Below, one piece after another: positions 49,747 through 58,634 of a DNA stretch of 64,000 nucleotides. The notes beneath the pieces are model-generated. The model was not told the origin of the DNA. It worked only from the letters and a program-made list of their open reading frames with translations, and made no database searches. Within the stretch, counting starts at the first letter, position 1; the number at the start of each line of letters is the position of its first letter. The stretch spans positions 78,925 to 142,924 of the forward strand of contig JACRFK010000003.1 in NCBI GenBank assembly GCA_016217925.1, in the 5' to 3' direction. The translations under genes and the position numbers were made by a program. The DNA comes from Candidatus Kaiserbacteria bacterium. GTDB taxonomy: Bacteria > Patescibacteriota > Minisyncoccia > Phycocordibacterales > UBA2100.

Positions 49747-50803
49747 TTATCCCTCCGCCAAGACACACGTCCCCCTCCTCTTCCCGTTCATTTTTTTGGT
49801 ACAGGACGAGCGATTGTCCGGGTGACGCGATATGCGGATGCTCGAATGCTGACGCGAAACCGCCGGGACCTTTGGAGATGGTCGCGCCGATTGGCGCCTC
49901 GTGATAGCGGGCTTGCGCTTGAAGGGTTACAGGCAGCCGCAGCTCACGATATATCCAGTGCATATCACTGAGGTTCACCGTAGTACGAGTGGCATCTTCG
50001 CGTCGGAGCGAAACGTGGACTGTATTCTTTACGACCTCAACACGTGTCACGTAAAAGGGCCCAGCTCCTGCGTCTTTCGAGAGTGCAAAACCGTGCCGCT
50101 GACCGACCGTATAGAGTGCTGCGCCTTCGTGTTCGCCGATAACTCTGCCGTCGCACACGAGAGGTCCGGGGATAACCGCGATGAACCGTTTGAGGAATTC
50201 CGACATTGAAACCTCACCTACGAAGCACAGTCCCTGACTGTCCGGTTTTTTTGCGACCGGCAGGTTGAACTTTGACGCCAGCGCGCGCACCTCCGACTTC
50301 AGCAGACCACCTATGGGGAATAAGGCACGCGCAAGCTCGAGCTGCCCCAGACGATACAAAAAGTATGATTGGTCCTTTGCGCTGTCGCGTGCTCGTAGCA
50401 AGTCGAAATGGCCACCAACCTCGCGCTTGCGCGCATAATGGCCGGTTGCTATCGCTTTGGCACCATTTTCTTTCGCCCAACGTGAGAACGAACCAAACTT
50501 GATGTGTATATTGCAAAGTGCGTCAGGGTTTGGAGTGATGCCTTGTGCGTAACCCCGCACCATGCGTTCTACGACCGCCTCTTTGTATTCCTGAGAAAGG
50601 TCCACTTCGCGAAATGGTATCGCGAGCGCGGCACACACACGCATCGCGTCGAGCCTATCCTCGCACCACGTACATTCGATGAATTCCGGCTGCCATATCT
50701 TTATGAAGGCGCCGACGACGTCGTAGCCTTCCCTCTGGAGAAGCGCCGCAGAAACGGCGCTATCAACCCCGCCTGAGAGCCCGACAAATACCCGGTGCGT
50801 CAT
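49730..50803 (-). CDS. mnmA: tRNA 2-thiouridylase
   Basis: SGGVDS, TPNPD..CN..IKF, ATGHY, KDQSYFL, DSQGLCF, PGQ. Confidence 0.96.
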   Translation of the reverse strand: MTHRVFVGLSGGVDSAVSAALLQREGYDVVGAFIKIWQPEFIECTWCEDRLDAMRVCAALAIPFREVDLSQEYKEAVVERMVRGYAQGITPNPDALCNIHIKFGSFSRWAKENGAKAIATGHYARKREVGGHFDLLRARDSAKDQSYFLYRLGQLELARALFPIGGLLKSEVRALASKFNLPVAKKPDSQGLCFVGEVSMSEFLKRFIAVIPGPLVCDGRVIGEHEGAALYTVGQRHGFALSKDAGAGPFYVTRVEVVKNTVHVSLRREDATRTTVNLSDMHWIYRELRLPVTLQAQARYHEAPIGATISKGPGGFASAFEHPHIASPGQSLVLYQKNEREEEGDVCLGGGIIATSD

Positions 50804-50820
50804 GCGACCAGAATACACTA

Positions 50821-51855
50821 CTAGGTACCCAAATACAGACGCTTTTTCCGGAGATGCTCCGCATAGGTTTTGCTGAAGTAGGTGACGCCGTTACGGTCCG
50901 CAAGATAGTACAAATAGTTACTCTTGGTCGGGTGTACGGCCGCTTGCAGTGAATCGAGCGAGGGACTGCCGATTGCGGTCGGCGGGAGACCTTTTCTCGT
51001 ATAGGTATTGTATGGAGAGTCGGTCATCAGGTCCTTATTGGTAAGCTCGAATGTCCCCTTACCGATAGTGTAGAGAAAAGAAACGTCAACCTGAAGAAGC
51101 ATTCCCCTATCGATCCTGTTCCAGAGGACGCCTGATATCATCCGGCGGTCGGCGCTGTTGCGGGCCTCGCGCTCGATGAGCGATGCCATGATGACAATAT
51201 CCGAGAGCGAACGTGTCGAGCTGGCGATCTCAGGGCGGAGGGCGGCAATATGTTGATCGAAATTTTGACGCATTGCCTGTATGACGGCATCTTCGGTAAT
51301 GTTGGGAAGGAAGAAATACGTATCCGGAAAAAGGTAGCCCTCTTGCTGCGCGCTTTGCGCGAGGAAATTCTCTGAATTGAAACGCTGAAGCAGCCTGCCG
51401 AATATTTTTGCCATTTCTTTGGTCGTTGCTCCCTCCGGTATGCGGATACGAAATGGCTCAAGCCCGAATGCGCCCACAACGAGTGCACGGGCGACCGAGA
51501 ACAGGTCGCGCGGCTCTTTGAAAATGTAATCTCCCGCGTGGACGTTGCGCTCAGAGCCGATTAGCTTCACGAAAACATGCAGTGCGGATGCCGAACGCAC
51601 GACGCCCGCCTCCTGTAGAGACTTCGCGACCTCGGCCAACGATTGCCCCTTCTGGACTGAAATGAGCGTATCGACGGGGAACGACTCCGGCGGCTGTATA
51701 ACGTACACGTACGAGAGCGCTGTTATCGTACCGACGAGCAGCAAGATAACTATGGTGCGACGATTCGCGTGGGCGTCCCACCGTGATGACAGGCGCGTAA
51801 GGAATACGTGTCCTCGCTCAAAAATATTTTCCAAAAATGATACAGGCTCGGGCAT
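50821..51855 (-). CDS. mltG: endolytic transglycosylase MltG
   Basis: EGYLFPDTY, MASLIERE, SPYNTY..GLPPTAI. Confidence 0.93.
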   Translation of the reverse strand: MPEPVSFLENIFERGHVFLTRLSSRWDAHANRRTIVILLLVGTITALSYVYVIQPPESFPVDTLISVQKGQSLAEVAKSLQEAGVVRSASALHVFVKLIGSERNVHAGDYIFKEPRDLFSVARALVVGAFGLEPFRIRIPEGATTKEMAKIFGRLLQRFNSENFLAQSAQQEGYLFPDTYFFLPNITEDAVIQAMRQNFDQHIAALRPEIASSTRSLSDIVIMASLIEREARNSADRRMISGVLWNRIDRGMLLQVDVSFLYTIGKGTFELTNKDLMTDSPYNTYTRKGLPPTAIGSPSLDSLQAAVHPTKSNYLYYLADRNGVTYFSKTYAEHLRKKRLYLGT

Positions 51856-51883
51856 ACGTATGCTCTATGATGCAGTCCGTTGC

Positions 51884-53305
51884 CTATTTCGGCAAATTTG
51901 CGGGTGGTTCGCCTTTCTTGGCAGGAATGCGTGCGAGTCCCGGAGCGCCTACAGCGGCTGACGGCGGATGCCAGATAGTAGCCAAGACTTCTGTCGACAT
52001 CATGTTGTGCGGCATGATCCACGGCGAATAGAAGTGCGAGCGACGACGATAGCAATCAAGAAAGCGCCGTACCGTGAGATTCCATCGGATGTTGTTGAAA
52101 TCCTGCCATGGCCAATCGAAAGGATTGCCCCAACGGCGCGGACGCAGTTGATTCATGAACTGTGGATTGCCGACCGGTCGCCATATCCAACGGATAGCGG
52201 TGTACCCTGGTGCGCCAAAGTCTTTGGCATCCGAGATGTAGATCCCGCGCATGCCGACGTTGAACGGATGCTTGCCCATGTTCCTTTCCATCGCTTTCAC
52301 CGTCTCGGTGTAACGGTAGCGGGGTACACGGGCGTAAGTTTTCCAGGCGTCGGATGCGTGCCTGTCTCCGGGATCTTGCGTACTTGTTTCCTTGATGAGC
52401 TTATCCACCTCTTCTTTTATCAATCCTTCGTAACGACTCTCGGTCTCATACCACGCGCCGCCTTTTTTGCGTCGTACGTCCTTGCACAGGGTGATGATGA
52501 TCTGTATCCACATCTGCTCGGAAGGTTTCAGATTGCTCATGCGTTCCAGCACCTCGGAGAGCGGGTCTATTTTGAACTCTTCCTTCGGGTCTTTGTCGAG
52601 CTCGAATTCGACGTAGGTGCGGATGGGGTATGCATCATTGCGCGGCTCGTAGCGCCAGTCGGTCGGAAAAGCATCTTGTTTGTTGGGGTCAAATCGGTAC
52701 TTTGAGGCATAATCTTCGACCTCGACCATTTCCACCTCGGGGTAGTACGCATACATCATGGCCTCGACGTTGGGGCGCCAATTACGCCAGCACCAAATAT
52801 AAAAGTGAATCTCCCCCCCGAAGGACGCTATCTCAAATGAGAAGTACGGCAAGACGCCCCCCTGCCAAAGACGGTTCAAAAACGTGGTCACGCCCGAATC
52901 GATCCAGAGTTTGGAAAGTGCATTTTCCATTGCGCGCGGCGAGCGGGTGATATCGCGCGGCATTTTTACCTCCAAAAGCACCACATCGCGCTTAAAAATG
53001 TATGTGGACTGGACATACCAGATCCAGATCTTCCACGCGGTGATAATCATCACTATGGGAAGCCACACGGGTGCCATGCCCAAGAGCCAACCGAAAGCAA
53101 ACATCGGCAGATTGGGGATCATGTTCCATAGGATCCCGAGTAGGCCCCAAAACATAATGCTGAGAACAAGGCAACGGGAAATTCCCCAGTAATTGCCGCC
53201 GAGCGAATCAATTACATCGTGAAAATCCAGTTTTATGAGGTGGCCCAGTATCGTGCGGATATCAACCGTGGTGATCATCCCTGTCTGTTCATGCTCATGT
53301 ATCAC
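51884..53305 (-). CDS. conserved hypothetical membrane protein
   Basis: TM helices, LLEVKMP, FSFEIAS, EVLATIWHPP...PPANLP. Confidence 0.7.
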   Translation of the reverse strand: MIHEHEQTGMITTVDIRTILGHLIKLDFHDVIDSLGGNYWGISRCLVLSIMFWGLLGILWNMIPNLPMFAFGWLLGMAPVWLPIVMIITAWKIWIWYVQSTYIFKRDVVLLEVKMPRDITRSPRAMENALSKLWIDSGVTTFLNRLWQGGVLPYFSFEIASFGGEIHFYIWCWRNWRPNVEAMMYAYYPEVEMVEVEDYASKYRFDPNKQDAFPTDWRYEPRNDAYPIRTYVEFELDKDPKEEFKIDPLSEVLERMSNLKPSEQMWIQIIITLCKDVRRKKGGAWYETESRYEGLIKEEVDKLIKETSTQDPGDRHASDAWKTYARVPRYRYTETVKAMERNMGKHPFNVGMRGIYISDAKDFGAPGYTAIRWIWRPVGNPQFMNQLRPRRWGNPFDWPWQDFNNIRWNLTVRRFLDCYRRRSHFYSPWIMPHNMMSTEVLATIWHPPSAAVGAPGLARIPAKKGEPPANLPK

Positions 53306-53413
53306 CTCACGATTCTAACATTGGAAGGCGGGAGAAGCATCGCTCAAAATGAAAGAATGGGGAATACAAAAAGCCACGAGTCCTCGTGTCTTCTGACCCG
53401 CCTCTCTTGCATC

Positions 53414-54436
53414 TTACTTGGCGAGAGAGTATTTACCTTCAGGATTGCGTACGAACATACCGTTCTGCAAGTTGACAGCGATGGTCGCGTCTTTCACATA
53501 CCGCTCGCGCTTCACACGCTCAACTATTTCCTCGCGAGTGAGAGGGCCTTCGCGCTGTAGTATGCCCGCGATGACGTCGCGCACGACACCAGGTTCGTAT
53601 CCCCATTCCTTGAGCGCGTAAAGCCCGCGGCCCACGAGTACGAAGCGCCCGTCTTTGATGAGCTCGTTGTGTGTCGTTGCGGGATGTGTTTTGCGACCGA
53701 AGAGCTTCTCAATATTTTTCGCCACTTCAGTGAAGTGCATCGGAGAACCGTGCCGCTTGAGCGTGAGGTATGCGAAATCGCGCGTGTTCTTGATGCGCAC
53801 GTGCGGAGAATCCTGCCGGCCCCACTCCCCAAGCGGATTCCTGCCGATGCGCTTTGATATCAAAAGCCAGCGTGGAAGCGCGTCGTTGCTACGGTTCTTT
53901 ACACCGGCCTGTTTCAGGTGACGCGCAAAAATTTCCAGAAACTCTTCTTCGGGAGTGAGCTTGTTCGGTTCGATGGATTCGTAGAGACTTGAGAGTGCCG
54001 CTTCGATCTGTTCGGCAAGCTGTTCATCGATGTGCCAGCGCGCCCGAAAATCATTGTCCTCACGGCGGTCCTCGAAATGATGGCCGACGGTAAGGAGGAA
54101 CACGACGTGGTTACGGTCCGCATCGTTTTTGGCAAGTTCCTGTAATATCGTTTCTTCTGAAAGTACGCCTCCCAGAGCCGTAATAGCGGCTTTCAGATTT
54201 TCCCAATGTTGTGTGAGTGCAGCGTACGCGTCGGAATCGCGCACGGCCGAGATGCTGTGATTTTCGATCTGGCGAATGCGCTCGCGGGTGATGCCGTATT
54301 CCTGCCCGATGGCATCGAGCGTCCGGCGTTCACCCTTTCCTGCGAGGCCAAAGCGGTCCGTAAGGACGCGACGAGAACGCTCCGGGAGTCCGGAGAGCAA
54401 GTCTTTGGTCACAGATTTTGGCTGAAAAGATAGCAT
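53414..54436 (-). CDS. sigma region-4-like HTH protein with C-terminal winged-helix domains
   Basis: RFGL...TLDAIGQEYGITRERIRQIE; HNELIKDGRFVLVGRGLYAL. Confidence 0.8.
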   Translation of the reverse strand: MLSFQPKSVTKDLLSGLPERSRRVLTDRFGLAGKGERRTLDAIGQEYGITRERIRQIENHSISAVRDSDAYAALTQHWENLKAAITALGGVLSEETILQELAKNDADRNHVVFLLTVGHHFEDRREDNDFRARWHIDEQLAEQIEAALSSLYESIEPNKLTPEEEFLEIFARHLKQAGVKNRSNDALPRWLLISKRIGRNPLGEWGRQDSPHVRIKNTRDFAYLTLKRHGSPMHFTEVAKNIEKLFGRKTHPATTHNELIKDGRFVLVGRGLYALKEWGYEPGVVRDVIAGILQREGPLTREEIVERVKRERYVKDATIAVNLQNGMFVRNPEGKYSLAK

Positions 54437-54465
54437 AATTGACGTATTCGTATTCCTGTGTTCTC

Positions 54466-54494
54466 CTTATATCAAATCCCTATGGGGCTGTCAA
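54466..54494 (-). promoter_or_regulatory. sigma70-type promoter
   Basis: TTGACA-17 nt-TATAAG on the minus strand. Confidence 0.5.
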
Positions 54495-54527
54495 TCCCGC
54501 CCTTTCTTATTGGGGAAAGGGCGGGAT
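54494..54527. repeat. compact ATCCCGCCCTTTC palindromic element
   Basis: atcccgccctttc-ttattggg-gaaagggcgggat, perfect 13-bp IR. Confidence 0.8.
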
Positions 54528-54600
54528 GTCCACATCTAAGGCACACTTCCCTACCTATCTGCTCCTGAGGGCGGCAAAGACATAATGGTAGGATGTGGCG

Positions 54601-55989
54601 ATGGCACGCGATACAGTGAAAGTTCCTCCTCAAGACATCGAAATGGAGCGCGCACTTCTTGGCGCTTTAATGCTCAATCAGAACGCTATCTATGAGGTCG
54701 CGGACCTCATCGGCGTTGATTCGTTTTATGCGGGAAAACACCGCACTATTTTCGACGCCATGCTCGGCCTTTTTGCAAAAGGCGAGCCAATAGACGTCGT
54801 TACCCTTTCGAGCAAACTCAAAGAGCGCAAACTTCTAAACGAGATAGGCGGCGCAAGCTACCTCTCAGAGCTGGTCGGAGCTGCAGCCTCCCCAGGTAGC
54901 GCGCGGCATTATGCACAAGGAGTGCAGACAAAATTCGTGTTGCGCAGCCTTATTGACGCGGCGGCCCGTATCGGGGAACTTGGTTTTGAAGAAGACAAAG
55001 ACATCGAGGTCATCCTCGATGAGGCGCAGTCGGCGGTGTTCTCGGTGACACAAACCCCGATGCTGCGTTCATTCACGGCTATCAAGGACGAGCTCACCGA
55101 GGCGTGGGAGCGTCTTGAAAGTCTCCAGAAACACAAAGGTTCGATGCGTGGCATTCCGACTGGTTTTCCTCAGCTCGACAATTTGCTCGCCGGTTTCCAA
55201 AAATCCGACCTCGTCATCCTTGCCGCCCGTCCGAGTATGGGTAAAACGGCCCTCGCCCTCGACATCGCACGGCAAACCGCGACCAAGCATGGTACCCCGG
55301 TCGGTATCTTCTCTCTCGAAATGAGCTCACAACAACTTGTGGACAGAATGTTAGCCGCACAAGCAGGCGTCAATTCGTGGCGGCTACGCACCGGAAAGAT
55401 CAAAGATGAGGATGAATTCGAACGCTTGCAGCAGGGCATGGGTGTCCTCGCGGATGCACCTATTTATATCGACGACAAAGCGTCGACCACGGTTCTTGCA
55501 ATGCGCTCCGTTGCGCGACGCCTCAAACTGGAGAAAAACCTCGGGCTTATTATCGTGGACTACTTGCAGCTCATTACGCCTACATTCGCCCGCGGCGGCG
55601 ACAACCTCGTGCAACAGGTCACCGAGATCTCGCGCTCGCTCAAAGCTATGGCGCGCGAATTAGAAATACCGGTCCTCGCGCTCTCACAGCTTTCCCGTGC
55701 AGTCGAGCAGCGTCGCGGACGCCCGCGCCTCTCGGACCTCCGCGACTCCGGCTCCATCGAGCAAGACGCTGACGTCGTTATGTTCATTCACCGCGAAGAT
55801 AAAATGAACGACAATTCAGACAAACCAGGTATCGCAGAAATATTGGTGGAAAAGCATCGCAATGGCCCTGTCGGCAAAGTAGAACTGCGCTTCGACGAGG
55901 AGCAGACGACGTTCCGTTCGATAGACAAGAGCGACTTTGGCGATTTCACTCCGGAGGCAGAAGTCGAGGCTGAATCTGCTCCATTCTAA
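54601..55989 (+). CDS. dnaB: replicative DNA helicase
   Basis: AARPSMGKT, FSLEM, DYLQL, SDLRDSGSIEQDAD, KHRNG. Confidence 0.98.
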   Translation: MARDTVKVPPQDIEMERALLGALMLNQNAIYEVADLIGVDSFYAGKHRTIFDAMLGLFAKGEPIDVVTLSSKLKERKLLNEIGGASYLSELVGAAASPGSARHYAQGVQTKFVLRSLIDAAARIGELGFEEDKDIEVILDEAQSAVFSVTQTPMLRSFTAIKDELTEAWERLESLQKHKGSMRGIPTGFPQLDNLLAGFQKSDLVILAARPSMGKTALALDIARQTATKHGTPVGIFSLEMSSQQLVDRMLAAQAGVNSWRLRTGKIKDEDEFERLQQGMGVLADAPIYIDDKASTTVLAMRSVARRLKLEKNLGLIIVDYLQLITPTFARGGDNLVQQVTEISRSLKAMARELEIPVLALSQLSRAVEQRRGRPRLSDLRDSGSIEQDADVVMFIHREDKMNDNSDKPGIAEILVEKHRNGPVGKVELRFDEEQTTFRSIDKSDFGDFTPEAEVEAESAPF

Positions 55990-55999
55990 AAAACAAGTG

Positions 56000-56061
56000 T
56001 ACCCCGTGAGATATTCAGCGCGAAAATTCTAGTAACGCCCTGGGAATTATCTCATGGGGTA
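56000..56061. repeat. CCCCGTGAGA variant of the CCCCGTTAGA-family element
   Basis: taccccgtgagata ... tatctcatggggta. Confidence 0.75.
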
Positions 56062-56073
56062 TACTGACACCCA

Positions 56074-56673
56074 ATGGATGCGATCGAACAATTAATTTCC
56101 CTCTTCGAACGCTTTCCTGGGATTGGACCTAGGCAGGCGCAGCGTTTTGTGCAATTTCTCCTCCGTAGCTCCCCTTCCGTCCGGCGTGAACTCGTGGACG
56201 CCGTGCAATCCCTGGGGGGTTCGGTGCGCCAATGCCCCCGGTGCATGCGTTTCTCGAGCAGCAGCGCGAAGCTTTGCAGCATGTGCTCGAATCCGCAGAG
56301 GGACCCGAAGCTGCTGGCTGTCGTCGCGTCCGACGCCGATATCGCAGCTCTCGAGCGTGGTGGCACCTACCGTGGATACTATTTCGTGCTTGGCGGCACC
56401 ATATCGCTCGCATCTGAAAAGACAAATGGCCTGCGTATCAAGCAACTCCTCGATTCGGTTCCGGCCAGAATAAAGGCCGGACTCACGGAAATTATTCTCG
56501 CCTTTCCCGCCAACCCCGAAGGCGACGCAACCGCTATCCAGGTACGCGAAAGACTTCAGCAAGGGTTCCCTTCACTGAAGATAACCTCACTCGGCCGTGG
56601 CCTCTCGACCGGCAGCGAACTGGAGTACGCCGACCCCGAAACAATAAAAAGCGCCCTCGAAAGCAGGCGATAG
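56074..56673 (+). CDS. recR: recombination protein RecR
   Basis: FPGIGPRQA, C4 zinc finger, YFVLGG, EGDATA, ELEYAD. Confidence 0.94.
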   Translation: MDAIEQLISLFERFPGIGPRQAQRFVQFLLRSSPSVRRELVDAVQSLGGSVRQCPRCMRFSSSSAKLCSMCSNPQRDPKLLAVVASDADIAALERGGTYRGYYFVLGGTISLASEKTNGLRIKQLLDSVPARIKAGLTEIILAFPANPEGDATAIQVRERLQQGFPSLKITSLGRGLSTGSELEYADPETIKSALESRR

Positions 56674-56674
56674 G

Positions 56675-56705
56675 AAAAAGCACAGAGGTCGGTTCTCTGT
56701 GCTTT
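56675..56705. terminator. bidirectional terminator-like hairpin between recR and rplU
   Basis: aaagcacagag-gtcggtt-ctctgtgcttt; same loop as the 7840 copy. Confidence 0.7.
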
Positions 56706-57023
56706 CTAGGGTAGCGCGGTAATGCGCACTTTTGCGTACGGTTGGCGGTGGCCGCGCTTCTTGAAATAGCGGCTTTTCTGGCGGTAGCGGATTACGGTCA
56801 CTTTTGCCTCGCGGCCTTCCTCGACGAGCTCCGCCGAGACTTTGGCACCTTTCACATACGGCGCTCCCACTGTCGTCTCTTTGCCGTCGTCGGTCAAAAG
56901 CACTTTATCGAAGGTGATTTTGTCACCTGTCTTGTGTCCGTTGATTTTTTCAATATCCAAAACGCTGTCCTGTGTGACAACGTACTGCTTGCCGCCCGTC
57001 TCGATGATAGCTATCTTTGCCAT
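56706..57023 (-). CDS. rplU: 50S ribosomal protein L21
   Basis: AIIETGGKQY, GHRQPY. Confidence 0.97.
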   Translation of the reverse strand: MAKIAIIETGGKQYVVTQDSVLDIEKINGHKTGDKITFDKVLLTDDGKETTVGAPYVKGAKVSAELVEEGREAKVTVIRYRQKSRYFKKRGHRQPYAKVRITALP

Positions 57024-57045
57024 ATGAGGCGCCACTATACCCTGC

Positions 57046-58122
57046 TTAGGCCTCTTCCGCAAGGGTCGGCTTCTCCAAAAGCGGCGTTTCGAGCTCGGCT
57101 GACTCCCCGGTGATGCGAAGTACATCTTTGTCTATTTTGCCCAATTCCTTGGAGCCCGCGTTGAAATGGTTGACCGTGGTCGAGAGCGCGTTGCCGAGTT
57201 TTTTGTAGTAATCCTGATACGCATTGAGATGTCGGCCCAGTGCTTCGACGTTTTTGGCTATATCCTTGGCCGTTTCCTCTATCTTGAAGGCCTTGAAACC
57301 GTAAAGCACCGACTGAAGGTACGCGGCAAAGGTTGTAGGGCTAACGATGATGACTTTCTTTTCGTTGTACGCGTAATCAATAAGATTGCGGGTGTTCACC
57401 TTGACCGAGCCCACTTCGTTGATAAGTAGGTCGTAATAAATCGCTTCGGCGGGGATGTACATGAAAGCGAACGGCAGCGTGCCATCCTTGGGACGTACGT
57501 ATTTGGCCGTCTCGTCGATGCGCATTTTGAGGTCGTTCTTGAATTGCTTCTCGAGCTCGGCGCGTTGCGTGTCGTCTATCGCATCGACAAGCCGCTGGTA
57601 GTTGTCGAGCGAGAATTTGGCATCTATCGGTATCACCCCTTCTTTGGTCACGACGACAGCATCCACAGTCTCGCCGCCGGGAAATTCATACTGCATTTTG
57701 TACGAGCCGGGCGGGAGAATATTGGAGAGAATGAGTTCAAGAGAGGCTTCGCCGAGATTCCCCCGCTGTTTTTGGTGCTTGAGGACCTTTTCGAGATTCG
57801 CGAGCTGCTCCGCGATGGTCATGAAGCGGGTCGTTGATTCGTTGGTCTTCGTTTGTTCGATGCGCACCTCCGTGAGCTGTTTGGCCACAAGGTCGCGAAT
57901 GTCGGTCGCAAGCTTCTGGCTCTCCCCGAACTGCGCGCGCATATTTTCGAACATGCGGCTCGTCCCCTCTCCGAGCTTGAGCTCCAAACTCCGCTCCAAC
58001 TCTTGTATCCGCTGCTGCAACAGGACCATGCCTTGTGTTTCCTCAGGCGTTTTACGCGCCCATACGACGTACGCAAGAAGTGCGAAGATAGCGACGAGAA
58101 GGGCGATGGTGAGCCATTCCAT
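57046..58122 (-). CDS. rmuC: DNA recombination protein RmuC
   Basis: RGNLGE, IDAKF, FAFMYIPAE, SPTT. Confidence 0.9.
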   Translation of the reverse strand: MEWLTIALLVAIFALLAYVVWARKTPEETQGMVLLQQRIQELERSLELKLGEGTSRMFENMRAQFGESQKLATDIRDLVAKQLTEVRIEQTKTNESTTRFMTIAEQLANLEKVLKHQKQRGNLGEASLELILSNILPPGSYKMQYEFPGGETVDAVVVTKEGVIPIDAKFSLDNYQRLVDAIDDTQRAELEKQFKNDLKMRIDETAKYVRPKDGTLPFAFMYIPAEAIYYDLLINEVGSVKVNTRNLIDYAYNEKKVIIVSPTTFAAYLQSVLYGFKAFKIEETAKDIAKNVEALGRHLNAYQDYYKKLGNALSTTVNHFNAGSKELGKIDKDVLRITGESAELETPLLEKPTLAEEA

Positions 58123-58163
58123 GTCGCGATTGTACCACGCGAGCTTCTTGCTATACTGGTCCG

Positions 58164-58634
58164 ATGTTAACCGCACAAATACGCACCGACATGGTTTCCG
58201 CGATGAAGGCCAAGGACGACCTGAAGCGCGATACGCTTCGCGGAGCACTTTCCGCGTTTACCAACGAGCTCGTCGCCAAGGGCCGCAAGCCGACAGAAGA
58301 GCTTTCTGACGCTGACGCGGTTACCGTGCTCAAACGCCTTGGTAAACAGCGCAAAGAGGCCGCGGAAGTCTACACAAAAGGCGGACGCGCCGAGCTTGCC
58401 GAGAAGGAGTTGAGCGAGCTGAAGATAATTGAATCCTACCTGCCGCAGATGGCGAGCCGTGAAGATATCGAGAAGGTCGCCCGAAAGAAAATGCAGGAGC
58501 TTGGTATTGAAGCGGGCTCGCCCGCCGAAGCCTTGGCGAAGGCGGGTAAACTCACGGGCGTCGTTATGAAAGAATTCGCTGGCACTGCCGACGGGAATCT
58601 GGTCAAGGAAGTTATCGCCTCTCTCTTCGCTTAG
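58164..58634 (+). CDS. GatB/YqeY domain protein
   Basis: AMKAKD, KQRKEA, GRAELAEKE, YLPQM, ADG. Confidence 0.9.
   Translation: MLTAQIRTDMVSAMKAKDDLKRDTLRGALSAFTNELVAKGRKPTEELSDADAVTVLKRLGKQRKEAAEVYTKGGRAELAEKELSELKIIESYLPQMASREDIEKVARKKMQELGIEAGSPAEALAKAGKLTGVVMKEFAGTADGNLVKEVIASLFA
58521..58546 (+). repeat. 26-bp hairpin element in-frame in the yqeY-like gene (PAEALAKAG)
   Basis: cccgcc-gaagccttggcgaa-ggcggg. Confidence 0.8.
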
